Part shown: in pieces, positions 44,306 to 55,912 of the stretch | How the letters are laid out: every line of letters starts with the position of its first letter | How positions within the stretch are numbered: position 1 is the stretch's first letter | Assembly (NCBI GenBank): GCA_951406725.2 | Contig: OX597833.1 | Span: forward strand, 60,512,001 to 60,576,000 | Direction of reading: 5' to 3' | Length of the DNA stretch: 64,000 nt | DNA from: Octopus vulgaris | Lineage: Eukaryota | Notes under the pieces: model-generated | What the model saw: only the letters and a program-made list of their open reading frames with translations | What the model was told of the DNA's origin: nothing | Databases searched by the model: none | Translations under genes and position numbers: made by a program

Positions 44306-44510
44306 CTGAATGTCACAGTACGATTTTGTGGAGACAAAAGACACTTTGACAGGGAAGAAATCTTCTGGATGTCCATTGATGCTGAATTCCATACTGCCAG
44401 ACTTGTTTGCAGCATCAATAAGTGGTAAGTTCCATAGCAACTGGTTGTTGCTGCGCTCATATGTATAGTTTCCATCACAGTCACCAACAATTGGAGATCC
44501 AACACCAGAC
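44306..44510 (-). CDS. ARCN1: Coatomer subunit delta exon (mu-homology domain); true frame differs from the ORF-track frame
   Basis: SGVGSPIVGDCDGNYTYERSNNQLLWNLPLIDAANKSGSMEFSINGHPEDFFPVKVSFVSTKSYCDIQ; cag acceptor, GTATGG donor; 205 nt, phase 2-0. Confidence 0.95.
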
Positions 44511-45152
44511 CTGTATCAACAATAATATGAATCAGTGAAAATAGCAGCAGCAGCAACAGCAACAACAACAACAATCATCTTTGTTATAGCACTGTATATC
44601 TGTATGTATTGTAATAATACTGGATTTAATACAGTACAGTATGTAATTGTACCAATATTATTACAATACATCTTACAGCATTCAATATTATTGTAACATT
44701 ACAATATTTGTTATAGTACTCTGTAGTATTGTAATATAATTACAATATTGCTTGCTGACTTCCAGTGATAAAAAAAGTAAAAAAACAGATTTTTTACTAA
44801 GATGAATTAAATAAGTTTCAGTTAAGATGTGGTTCCTACCTATGAATAACTTAATAGTAGCACCTTATATAAATTTAGTGAGCTTCTACAGTCACTTGAC
44901 CTGCTAAAATTGCAGTTAAATTTCTGAAAATCATATCTTTCTCTTTTAAAAGACTGCTATAAAAGATAGGAGGGTCACAATTTATGGTGCAATCAAATAT
45001 TTTGATGTTCAGCAATGGTGGTGTTGTGAAATATTTTTGCACACAACATTGACTGAACAGGCAGTGGCATGACAACCACTATAGTTTGTGCTATGGTATA
45101 GGCATGTACTACATACTACAATAGTGGTGTAGTATAGGCAGGTGTTACTTAC

Positions 45153-45261
45153 GGCAATGGTATAGTTATAACAACATCATTTAGTTCTAAGTTCTGCTGT
45201 TCCAGTTCATATTCTATGTTGACATCACAGCCAGATCCAGTTTCTGAGGGCCAGCAATTTA
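45153..45261 (-). CDS. ARCN1: Coatomer subunit delta exon (mu-homology domain)
   Basis: (I)NCWPSETGSGCDVNIEYELEQQNLELNDVVITIPL(P); ttcag acceptor, GTAAGT donor; 109 nt, phase 1-2. Confidence 0.95.
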
Positions 45262-45533
45262 CTGAAATACAGAAAGTGCATATATTCATGTAATGGGGTG
45301 TGCAGTATTGGATTTGATAACTACATAATAAAAGACACATTGTATGGTAGGTAACTGCGACTATAATCATGAAATATGAGGTTTATGCAATGTAAAGATT
45401 TGAAATATGTACTGACTAAAGGGAAAATGAGAATACTACAAGACATGATTCTACAAACAGACAATGGTAAAACTACTATTCAGTGAACATTATTTACATT
45501 CGATGGATATTTGTCCTCATCTTGTTTGTTGTT

Positions 45534-45579
45534 GACACAACATTTCAGCTGATGTACCCTCCAGCCTTCTTCAGGTGTC
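45534..45579 (-). ncRNA. Minimal type I hammerhead ribozyme motif, inverted twin on the ARCN1 sense strand
   Basis: gacac-CTGAAGA-a-ggctg(gagggtacat)cagct-GAAAT-GTT-gtgtc read on the minus strand. Confidence 0.65.
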
Positions 45580-45629
45580 TTGGGGAAATTTCGAACCTGG
45601 GTTCTCATTCCTAAGGTAAATTCCCACAA

Positions 45630-45675
45630 GACACCTGAAGAAGCCTGGAGGGTATATCAGCCGAAACGTTGTGTC
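45630..45675 (+). ncRNA. Minimal type I hammerhead ribozyme motif (Penelope-type)
   Basis: gacac-CTGAAGA-a-gcctg(gagggtatat)cagcc-GAAAC-GTT-gtgtc: 5-bp stem I, CUGANGA and GAAA core, stem II with one mismatch, palindromic AACGTT stem III. Confidence 0.7.
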
Positions 45676-46171
45676 AACAACAAACAAGAGGAGGACAAAT
45701 ATCCATCGAACGTAAATAATATAAATAATGTACATAATTCCTCATCTCTTAAATATAGAACCGTACTGTACAATGAGACGTGTATACAAACAATAGCAGA
45801 GCTCATCATACACGTGTGTGTGTGTGTGTGTGTGTGTATTGGTGTTTCTGTCTTGACACTGTGTGCTTGTTGTAAACAAGCGACACAGTCATACATGTAG
45901 TATCTTTTAATTCCAATCTTATGGGGAAGTATGTGCAGCCATGAGAAAAAATGTCACTTTACTTGGGAAAAGGACAAGGGTTGGCAACAGGGAGGTCATC
46001 TATCCATAGAAAATCTCCCTCAACAAGTTCCAATCAACCCATGCAAACATGGAAAAATGAATGATGATGACTAAATCTTCTAATTCACTTTTTACTAGTA
46101 TGGTCATTGATGTGCGCATATGTGTGTGTGTGTATGTGTGTATGCAAGTGTGTGTGTGTGTGTTTACTTAC

Positions 46172-46319
46172 TTGACAAAGGAATGAAAGCCTCATCTTGT
46201 GTCTGGAAACGCCATTTTAAGACTCCAATATCTTGGTGTAAAGGAAATGGTTTCTCAGAATTTTTCAAACCAATGTAGGATGAAGTACTGAATAACTTCT
46301 TGTCAATGTTGGGATGGGT
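46172..46319 (-). CDS. ARCN1: Coatomer subunit delta exon (mu-homology domain), not in the ORF track
   Basis: THPNIDKKLFSTSSYIGLKNSEKPFPLHQDIGVLKWRFQTQDEAFIPLS; aag acceptor after (TC)n, GTAAGT donor; 148 nt, phase 0-1. Confidence 0.95.
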
Positions 46320-47099
46320 CTTTAAGAAAGAGAGAGAGAGAGAGAGAAAAAGACATTTAAAAGAAGTGGAAAAGGATACCCTTCACAACAATAACAATGA
46401 TACAGGAATATACATTATCTATTTCTTTACTACCCACAAGGGGCTAAACACAGAGGGGACAAACAAGGACAGACAAACGGATTAAGTTGATTATATCAAA
46501 CCCAGTGCATTACTGGTACTTATTTAATCGACCCCGAAAGGATAAAAGGCAAAGTCGACCTCGGCGGAATTTGAACTCAGAACGTAATGGCAGACGAAAT
46601 ACGGCTACGCATTTCGCCCGATGTGCTAACATTTCTTATTTCTTTATTGGCCACAAGGAGCTAAACATAGAGGGGACAAACAAGGACAGGCAGAGGGATT
46701 AAGTCAATTACATCGACCCAGTGGTTAACTGGTACTTAATTTATCGACCCCGAAAGGATGAAAGGCAAAGTCGACCTTGGCGAAATTTGAACTCAGAACG
46801 TGAACGGCAGACGAAATACGGCTACGCATTTCGCCAGACGTGCTAACGTTTCTGCCAGCTTGCCGCCTTGGAGACATTATCACTGGAGCAGCTAGTACTG
46901 TACTGTCTTATATAAAGGACATCAAAAAGATAAAAATAACAGTGGAATTTGAACTCAGAATGTAAAGACAAATGAAATACTGTTAAGCATTTTATCAGAC
47001 ATGCTAACAATTCTGGCAGCTCACTGCCTTAATACTAATCATCATCATCATCATCGTTTAACATCCGCTTTCCATGCTAGCATGGGTTGGATGGTTTGA

Positions 47100-47332
47100 A
47101 AGGCGGCGAGCTGGCAGAAACATTAGCACGCCGGGCGAAATGCTTAGCGGTATTTCGTCTACCGTTACGTTGTGAGTTCAAAATCCGCCGAACTCGACTT
47201 TGCTTTTCATCCTTTCGGGGTTGATAAATTAAGTACCAGTTTCGCACTGGGGTCGATGTAATCGACTTAATACCTATGTCTGTCCTTGTTTGTCCCCTCT
47301 GTGTTTAGCCCCTTGTGGGTAATAAAGAAATA
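47100..47332 (+). mobile_element. SINE family B (Meta-domain-like); other copies at about 4645-4847(-), 14550-14735(+), 19205-19600(+), 31005-31170(+), 36935-37160(-), 38995-39180(-), 46415-46870(-, dimer), 58730-59165(+, dimer), 63437-63670(-)
   Basis: AAGGCGGCGAGCTGGCAGAA head and GCCTTTCATCCTTTCGGGGTCGATAAATTAAGTACCAG central domain; this copy has TSD ggtttga and sits inside an RTE 3' fragment. Confidence 0.88.
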
Positions 47333-48760
47333 GGTTTGACTGAGGACTGGTGAACCAGATGGCTGCACCAGGCTCCAATCTAACCTGGCAGAGTTTCTAC
47401 AGCTGGATGCCCTTCCTAACGCCAACCACTCCGAGAATGTAGTGGGTGCTTTTACATGTCACCGGCATTAGGGCCAGTCAGGTGGTACTGGCAACGGCCA
47501 CAAAAAAATTATATTTTTTTTATGTGCCACCTGCCCACCGACACAAGTGCCAGTAAGGCGGTGCTGGTAACAATCACGCTTGAATGGTGCTTTTTACGTG
47601 CCACTGGCATGAACGCCAGTTAACCGCTAGCACCATTTTGAAGGGTTTTAGTCAAACAAATTGACCTCAGGAGGACTTATTTTTTTAAAGCCTAGTACTT
47701 ATTTTATCAGTTCCTTTTGCCAAACTGCTATGTTACAGCATCATAAACACACAAACACCAGTTGCCAAGCAGTACTGGGGGAGGCGGACGAACACAGATA
47801 CATATACATACACAATGTATGTATATGTACAGATTTGACTGAGGACTGGCGAAACCAGATGGCTGCACCAGGCTCCAATCTTGATCTGGCAGAGTTTCTA
47901 CAGCTGGATGCCCTTCCTAACGCCAACCACTCTGAGAGTGTAGTGGACGCTTTTACGTGCCACCAGCATGAGGATCAGTCAGGCAATACTGGCAACGGCC
48001 ACGCTCAAATGATGATCTTAGAGATCCACTAGCACAGATGCCAGTCATTGAATTTGATTTTGACTACTACTGCCACTACCACCACCACCACCACTACTAC
48101 TACTGCTACTGCTACTACTACTACCACCACTACTACTGTCACTACTACTAGTACGACTACTAATAATAATAAGTTTTATTAATATTAGCACAAGAGCAGT
48201 AATCTTGAGGGTATGAGGAAGTTGATTCACCAACCCCAGTGCTTGACTGATACTTATTTTATTAACCCTAAAAAGGATGAAAGGCAAAGTCAACTCTGGC
48301 AGAATTTGAACTCGGAGCTTACAAGAGCCAGGAGAAATGCCAGTAAGCAATTGTTCTTGCTGTTCTAATGAGTCTGCCAGCTCAGTACCTTTAGGCCTTC
48401 ACAGCATTTAAACTGGCCATATCTGGCCCAAAGATTTGACCAATTTATTTCATTTTCTGTAAAGTGTGGATGTGTAAAGCATAAATTGGGTTTGACCCTT
48501 TACCATTTAAACCGGCCATATTTAATCAAAATATTCTACCTATCTTGTTCCAACTGACCAGATCTAGCCTTTCACACCTACCCTACAATGTTATTCTAAA
48601 AATAAACAATCGCATCATCGAAAGCTCAAAACTAAAAGATAATACATAATTCAAAGCAACATGAATCAATAAATATTACATTTGATTGAATAATCTGAAT
48701 GCTAAAGGGTTAATAATAATAATAATTCATAACAATAATGTTGAATGTAAATGTATTCAC

Positions 48761-48926
48761 CTGAAGTTGAATTCCTTTGGTATCATTATTCAAAATGGCA
48801 ACTTTGATTTTTCCAAACTTGTCATCTGCAACCTTTAACTTCACTAAACCAAACACTTCCAAATTCTGTAAGCCACCATCACGCCCAGCTTGTACAACTA
48901 TTTTCTCTTCTATTCGCAAATGGACA
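48761..48926 (-). CDS. ARCN1: Coatomer subunit delta exon (start of mu-homology domain)
   Basis: VHLRIEEKIVVQAGRDGGLQNLEVFGLVKLKVADDKFGKIKVAILNNDTKGIQLQ; tag acceptor, GTGAAT donor; 166 nt, phase 2-0. Confidence 0.95.
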
Positions 48927-50838
48927 CTACAAAAATAAAACAAAAACAAAAATATATTTATGGTTTGATGCAGTAGTCTCCGTTTGAACCTAACTCTCTG
49001 GTCAGAACAGATCCAGCCACAACACACATTCTACTGATTAATTTAGATAATTGCTTCCCAACTATGTGGTCTTGGGTTCTGTCCTGCTGTGTGACAGCTA
49101 GGGCTGCTGTCTTTGTGTCTCCTACTGGGACCCCAGGCTAACCTAGGCCTTGTGGGTGGGTCTGGTGGATGGAAGCTGAAGTGGGCCCCTTGAGTCTTAG
49201 GACATATAGGGCTGGCCTCCCAATTCCATTGTGTACAAGTGTGTGAGATCACAACATTCTGTGTGGGACGACAGCTTGTCACAGGGTTACTTATTTATAG
49301 TTGGATGAACTGGAGCAATGTGAAATAGAATGTTTTGCTCAAAAGCACAATACACCACTCAGTCAGGAAATCAAAACCAAGATCTTGTGATCATGAGCAC
49401 AACACGATAACCACTAGATCGTATACACACATTATGTATGTTAAGGCACCTGTGACGGTGACATGTAAAAGACACCCACTACACTCTTGGAGTGGTTGGC
49501 ATTGGGAAAGGCATCCTACTGTAGAAACCATGCCAAAATCAGACTGGAGTCCAGTACAGCTCTCCGGCTTACCAGTTCCAGTCAAACCATCTAACCCATG
49601 CCAGCATAGAAAACTGATGTTAAATGATGATGTTTATCTGTGTGTGTACTCTTTTCCTGATGTGATGTAAATGAGCATCACCGTCATACAAGTGAAGTTG
49701 CTTGTTTACAGCCTTCCGTTGGAAATATTACCTTAATTGGAAACAGGTGGAGTGTTGACAATAGGAGGGGCACCTAATTATAAGAAACCTGCATCAACAA
49801 ATTCTGTTTGAGCCATGCAGGTATGGATTAAATATTTAAACTAGTAATCACTATGGCATCTGCAAAGCTATGACTGACCCATGACATTCAGGAAGACATT
49901 CTGTTGAAAACGAAAATGGTCTGTCAGTCTTTTACCTCAAAGAACTTGAGCAGTAACAGAGTAAAACTTAGCTTCAATTACTAGAAAAATTCTACACATA
50001 TTAATGTTTTCTTTTATTTTGCTTGTCCATCTAAAGAGTCAAAACTAAATCCCAGAAATTTGCACTGTTGTGATTACATTAACAATTAAAGAAATATCTA
50101 GAGCTTGACAAGAGAAAATATAATTCATTGACAAACATATGGCTTAGTTACGAATGATATTTTGCAGTGAAGGTTGAATGCCAAGGGTGATCGTCTCCAA
50201 AAAGTCAAGATTAATCAGCTGAAATTGCGAGGATGATCCGGTTCTTGACTGAAGATAAAAGGCTTCGAATGACCCATCCGTGTTTTTTTGTATCATCTAT
50301 CTGGATGTTTTGTTGTCCCTTTTTGTATCACCTAGTTGTCCGGATGTTTTGTGTTCTTGTCCCATTTTGTATTCTATTTTATATACACATATATATATAT
50401 ATGTATGTATGTATAAAATCATTTTAATGACCACTTTTCCACGCTTTCATGGGTTGGATGGAGTCTACTGAGAACACCAAAATAACAATTCCCACTGAGT
50501 CAAGCATGTTGCGAAGTTCACAGACAGCAGGTGGATCTATGCAGTTGTCGAGCAGTATCCAAGAGATCGGAAAAGGCCAATCTGAAGACCACCACGATGA
50601 TGAGAAATGGATTCCATAAAACAAGGTGGAAAAGAATGGCACAATCAAGAAAGAATTGGGTGTGCAATATGACCAGTGGTGTATAACATCTGACAGTCTG
50701 GGTGATAGACACACACCACCGTATGCATACATACATTGCTGTCTCAATAGACAGGCAGTAAAGAAAATACTTACATATACTCTCTCTCCTAAATGTTAGC
50801 AAGTAACAGTAGAAGGTGTAGTGGTTGTGGGTACTTAC

Positions 50839-50908
50839 TTTTCCTGGTTAACAGTTGGTGTAGAGACCTTGTTTATAGTAGATGAGGAATGGTTGCTTGA
50901 GGTGACAG
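50839..50908 (-). CDS. ARCN1: Coatomer subunit delta small exon (linker), not in the ORF track
   Basis: (T)VTSSNHSSSTINKVSTPTVNQE(N); ttccag acceptor, GTAAGT donor; 70 nt, phase 1-2, exactly bridging the phases of the flanking exons. Confidence 0.85.
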
Positions 50909-51282
50909 CTGGAAATAAACAATACAAACAATATCAACATCTACAGTCTACCAGTTCAATGTGTTGTATAACCCAGTTCAGCCACTAGAGTAGCTAGCTC
51001 TCCACCACCACCTTGGTAAGAGATGTTCCAGCTATGACCATCCCGGATTATTTTCAAACAAAGAATATCTAGGTCAACATTAACCAATGTGTCTTTTGTT
51101 TTTAAGATAGGAGAGAGTGATAATAGGGAGATTTTGCTGCTATTTCTAGCCCGTCAAGTAACCATGTACAGGCCATTCTGATGACATTATTACAGCTGGG
51201 TGTAACATTACGATTGGGGTTAATGTCCAACTGTTGGCATTGTGCAGTGTCCATGGTGAAGACCAAAACACAAGGATAGGAT

Positions 51283-51511
51283 TTAACCCTTTAGTGTTCG
51301 CATTATTCTGCCAAAATTAATCCTTTTTTATCCACACTGCCTTGAACTAATCAGGCATTATCTTGTAGCTATGAGATTTTGATGAGGTAGCTGTTAATTT
51401 TTCAAACAATATTGTAGGGCTGGTGTAAGAGACCAGATCTGGCCAGTCTGAACATAAAACAGGTAGAATACTTTTGGCCGGATATGGCCAGTTTAAATGC
51501 TAAAGGGTTAT
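51283..51511. mobile_element. TTAA-specific (piggyBac-like) MITE; inverted copy at 48492-48713, interrupted copy at about 18893-19645
   Basis: TTAA|CCCTTTAG...CTAAAGGG|TTA termini and shared internal sequence among the copies. Confidence 0.7.
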
Positions 51512-51747
51512 CGACACATAATCAAATAACAAAAGGCATTTCGTCTGACGCTCTACCAATTTTGCCACTTATAGCCCCAAGATTCTATGTGGAGGGTTAC
51601 TGTATCTCAATCTGTTTAATAGATATCTGTATTAAAAGAAGAAAGTGAGGCTGACAGAAGATAAAACTGAGTGTGTGTGTGAGGGAGAGAGGGAGAGAGA
51701 GAATGAGAGAGAGAGAGAAAGAGTGCGAAAGAGAGAAAACAACTTAC

Positions 51748-51839
51748 TCTCGCCTTCTGATTTGAGTTGATCCACAAAAGAATCAACGTCTTTAGTCTTG
51801 CTACCAAGTTTCATCGCTTTACTTGGACCCAATGGTTTG
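51748..51839 (-). CDS. ARCN1: Coatomer subunit delta exon (linker)
   Basis: (S)KPLGPSKAMKLGSKTKDVDSFVDQLKSEGE; cag acceptor after a (TC)n tract, GTAAGT donor; 92 nt, phase 2-1. Confidence 0.93.
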
Positions 51840-52914
51840 CTGTGGAGAGAAGAGAGAGAGAGAATTGAAGCCGAGATAGACATAGGTAATAATCATCCCC
51901 TCACAATGTACAATAGACTCATCCACTAACTGACAATTACATATACTCCCCAATCACTGATATACACCCTCCCTCCATCGTATTCTATTGCTACTACAAC
52001 ATCCTGTTTTCCCTTCAACTTCTTAATTCATCATCATCATCCTCATTTAACGTCCGCTTTCCATGCTAGCATAGGTTGGACGATTAGACTGAGGACTGGT
52101 GTACCAGATGGCTGCACCAGGCTCCAATCTGATCTAGCAGAGTTTCTACAGCTAGATGCCCTTCCTAACACCAACAACTCCAAGAATATAGTGGGTGCTT
52201 TTACGTTCCCATAGCACAAGGGCCAGTCAGGCGGTACTGGCAACGGCCACACTCAAATGGTGCTTTTTACGTGCCACCTGCACAGAAGCCAGTCCAGCGG
52301 CACTGGCAATGACCTCGCTCGAATGTTTTTCATGTGCCAGTAAGGTGACACTGGTAACAATCATGCTCAAATGGTGCTTTTTATGTGCCACCAGCACGGA
52401 AGCTAGTTTGTTGCTCTGGCAACAATCACACTCAGATGGTGCGCTTAGCACTCCACTAGCACTGATGCCAGTCATCGAATTTGATTTCGATTTCACTTGC
52501 CTCAACAGGTTTTTGCAAGAAGAGTTTAGTGTCCAAAGAAGGAAAGGTATGCATAAATGGGCTGGTTACACACCTGGCATAGGCCACGAGCTTATGGTCT
52601 CCCTTGGCTTGCCGGGTCTTCTCAAGCACAGCATTTTTCCAAAGGTCTCGGTCACAAGTCAATTCTATGTGACATTCACCTAAGACCACACACCTACCAT
52701 TTAACCTCTCTGACCATCAAATAAACACCCAATCCTTCTTCCCCAGAACTGTGCCCAACTGAAATTATCTGTCCCTTCTTCCCAAATAAAACATGTGCTA
52801 AATTTCTTTGATGGTAGGATAACTTATGCACCACATGGGCGACTGAGATAACTAGTGTACCACATGGTTAACCAAGCTATAACATATAAGTTTGTGTGTG
52901 TATGTGTATATATG

Positions 52915-53240
52915 TTGAGACCCCCTTCGGTCATGACTGTCCATGAGATTGCACCAAGAAAGTTACCCTCACAGGCACAAGTCCAGGCAAGGTTGTTTAT
53001 GGAAGGCCAACAGTCACCCATGCATACCGGCCTCCCCTCTCCACGAGTGTTATCCAAGGGAAAGGCAGATGCAGCTTGGCACCAGTGACATCGCAACTCA
53101 TTTCTACAGCTGAGTGAACTGGAGAAATGTGAAATAAAGTGTCTTGCTCAAGAACACAACATGCAGCCTGATCCAGGATTCGAACTCACAACCTCATGAT
53201 TGTAAGCTCGACGCTCTAACCACTGAGCCATGCGCCTTCA
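52915..53240 (-). mobile_element. tRNA-derived SINE with RTE-related body and tail (Ceph-SINE-like); partial copy at 18925-19035
   Basis: GGCGCATGGCTCAGTGGTTAGAGCG...GAGTTCGAATCC head; 3' part shared with 18925-19035. Family assignment is from recall. Confidence 0.7.
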
Positions 53241-53731
53241 CGTGTATGTGTGTGTATATATACTCTTTACTCTTTTACTTGTTTCAGTCATTTGACTGCG
53301 GCCATGCTGGAGCACCGCCTTTAATCGAGCAACTCGACCCCGGGACTTATTCTTTTGTAAGCCCAGTACTAATTCTATCGGTCTCTTTGCCGAACCGCTA
53401 AGTAACGGAGACATAAACACCCCAGCATCGGTTGTCAAGCAATGCTAGGGGGACAAACACAGACACAGACACATACATATATATACATACACATATATAC
53501 GACGGGCTTCTTTCAGTTTCCGTCTACCAAATCCACTCACAAGGCTTTGGTCGGCCTGAGGCTATAGTAGAAGACACTTGCCCAAGGTGCCACGCAGTGG
53601 GACTGAACCCAGAACCATGTGGTTGGTAAACAAAATTGCTTTCCTAAATTCTTTGTAATTTTCAAAACTTAACTGAAACAAAGGTATTATTTTTCCAGCT
53701 GAAGGGTTAAGGGTTAATTAGAAATGCTTAC

Positions 53732-53934
53732 CTAGGAGCAGTGTATGATGATTTAACAGTGTCATTAATAGTGGTATCGATAATGGGGGATTCCATACGG
53801 CCCCCACTGCTGTTACTACCAAAGCCTCCACCAAATCCAGGTGACCGCATGTTGCTGCCACCACTTTTTGTCTTCATGCGGCGTAGTTCTTCAGCCTTCT
53901 TCATCATTGTGTCACGAGCCTCTTTCTCTTGAGT
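53732..53934 (-). CDS. ARCN1: Coatomer subunit delta exon (helix and Gly/Ser-rich linker)
   Basis: TQEKEARDTMMKKAEELRRMKTKSGGSNMRSPGFGGGFGSNSSGG...KSSYTAP; tag acceptor, GTAAGC donor; 203 nt, phase 0-2. Confidence 0.92.
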
Positions 53935-54119
53935 CTATAACAGAATGGAGGGAGAGGGTTGTACACAGCAGTTTCACGACTGTAAATGACTTCCGTCGAA
54001 CAACTCAGGAGGGTTTGACATGGCTGGACAATAAAAGCTGGAAGGAAGGGGGACAAAGGAGAGGAAAGAGGAGAGAGAAGGGAGGGACGAGAGGGGGTGG
54101 AGGAGAGGATGAGGGGAGA

Positions 54120-54385
54120 GAGGAGAGATGGAGGAGAGAAGGAGAGATGGGAGGAAGAGTGGAAGGGAGAGAGGGGGAGAGATGGGAGGAAGAGTGGAAG
54201 GGAGAGAGGGGTGAGAGATGGGAGGAAGAGTGGAAGGGAGAGAGGGGGAGAGATGGGAGGAAGAGTGGAAGGGAGAGAAGGGGAGAGATGGGAGGAAGAG
54301 TGGAAGGAAGTGAGGGGGGAGAGATGGGAGGAAGAGTGGAAGGAAGTGAGGGGGAGAGATGGGAGGAAGAATGGAAGGGAGAGAG
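54120..54385. repeat. Polypurine minisatellite, ~35-36-bp unit, ~7 copies, in an ARCN1 intron
   Basis: GGAGAGATGGGAGGAAGAGTGGAAGGGAGAGAGGG repeated. Confidence 0.9.
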
Positions 54386-54560
54386 GAGAGGGAAGGATGG
54401 GGAAAGGTGGAGGGAGAGGGGGAGAAGAGAAGAGAATGGAAAGGGAGAGAGAGTGAGAGGAGGGTGATAGAGAGGGGAGAGAGGGGGATCGAGAGGAGAG
54501 AGAGGAGAGAAGGGAAGGAGAGAGAGCAAGATAGTTATAATGATATAATATTCTTCTCAC

Positions 54561-54740
54561 CTGTCTAACAGCCATGAACACTCGTTCTTCGTGTGAATCC
54601 ATCTCTGTAAAAGTGCGAATCTGTGCAATGTTCACATTCTCTCGGTAGCCGAGGGCAACGATCTCATCAAAGGCAAATATCAGTGAGAAGGACTGCTCGA
54701 TAATTTCACTCTCGTCCATATTACGGCAATACTCTGGAAT
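54561..54740 (-). CDS. ARCN1: Coatomer subunit delta exon
   Basis: IPEYCRNMDESEIIEQSFSLIFAFDEIVALGYRENVNIAQIRTFTEMDSHEERVFMAVRQ; cag acceptor, GTGAGA donor; 180 nt, phase 0-0. Confidence 0.96.
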
Positions 54741-55026
54741 CTGTGAAGAGAGAGGAAATTAGCATACGAGTTAGTCTACCAAGCTTAAACACGTCAAATG
54801 ACTTCATCCGAGAGGGTGGTCTGTTGGGATTAAGACATTTATTGATGGAACTAGTATATGAGTTAGTCTATCAATCTTAAACATGTCAAATGACTTCATC
54901 TGAGATAGTGGTCTCACTCCAGCAGACAGCATGTTCCTTGTCTATCTCCTTAACTCCTTGGAGATTTTAGGTATAATTATACTAATGTGTCCATCTGTTT
55001 TAATTTAATTAAATTCTATGTCTTTG

Positions 55027-55113
55027 TGCAGCTGAAGATTGCTCTGCATTTTAAATTGATGTAATGATTGCATTGTTCAATTAAATGGAGTTGCTTGAAA
55101 CGATCGTACTGCA
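55027..55113 (+). ncRNA. Hammerhead-like motif with long stem II (second family); related copy at 34839-34924
   Basis: tgcag-CTGAAGA-[~58-nt imperfect hairpin]-GAAAC-gatc-GTA-ctgca: 5-bp stem I, palindromic ACGATCGT stem III, GUA triplet. Confidence 0.55.
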
Positions 55114-55524
55114 TTACCTCTGGATATCCTTGTTGCTTATTTTGATTCTAATCACCTTACTCTGAAATTGTATGGATAATACCGTACTAAATTCTGGTGC
55201 CTCAACCTAAGTACCATATTCATTTGAATCTATATCATCATCATCATCATCATCGTCGTTTAACGTCCGTTCTCCATGCTAGCATGGGTTGGACGGTTCG
55301 ACCGGGGTTCTGGGAAGCCAGAAGGCTGCACCAGGCTCCAGTCTAATCTGGCAATGTTTCTACAGCTGGATGCCCTTCCTAACGCCAACCACTCCGTGAG
55401 TGTAGTGGGTGCTTTTTACGTGCCACCTGCACAGGTGCCAGGCGGGGCTGGCAACGGCCACGGTCAGATTGGTGTATTTTATGTGCCACCGGCACGGAAG
55501 CCAGTCGAGGCGGTGCTGGCATCG

Positions 55525-55912
55525 GCCACGAGTCGGATAGTGCTTTTTACGTACCACCAGACCAGGGATCCTGGCTGGTTCAATTCGATTTCGATTTCGC
55601 TTGCCCCAACATGTCTTCACAAGCAAAGGGGGTTGGCAAGGGTGCCTGTCATACGGTCGCATTGGAGTATTTTACGTGCCACAGCCACGAGTCGGATAGT
55701 GCTTTTTACGTACCACCAGACCAGGGATCCTGGCTGGTTCAATTCGATTTCGATTTCGCTTGCCCCAACATGTATTCACAAGCAAAGGGGGTTGGCAAGG
55801 GTGCCTGTCATACGGTCGCATTGGAGTATTTTACGTGCCACAGCCACGAGTCGGATAGTGCTTTTTACGTACCACCAGACCAGGGATCCTGGCTGGTTCA
55901 ATTCGATTTCGA
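55525..55912. repeat. 159-bp tandem repeat, ~2.4 near-identical copies, within an RTE 3' UTR
   Basis: GCCACGAGTCGGATAGTGC recurs at 55525, 55684 and 55843. Confidence 0.92.

Larger units (their letters stand above)
45489..45720. repeat. Inverted repeat with ~100-bp arms (tail-outward Penelope-type fragment pair)
   Basis: ATTATTTACATTCGATGGATATTTGTCCTC... mirrored by ...GAGGACAAATATCCATCGAACGTAAATAAT with a ~26-nt spacer. Confidence 0.9.

Noticed and set aside
44251-44574. 107-aa poly-Leu ORF suggesting a signal peptide
   Set aside because: Wrong frame over an ARCN1 exon; the Leu run comes from a (TTG/CTG)n repeat.
50215-50385. Repeat with CTGAAGA (related copies near 17575-17700 and 35710-35960) as another hammerhead
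   Set aside because: Lacks a correctly placed GAAA and stems; treated as an unclassified repeat.
53904-54719. 271-aa ORF as a single delta-COP exon
   Set aside because: Only 54561-54740 is coding; the remainder is read-through into a polypurine minisatellite past a GTGAGA donor.
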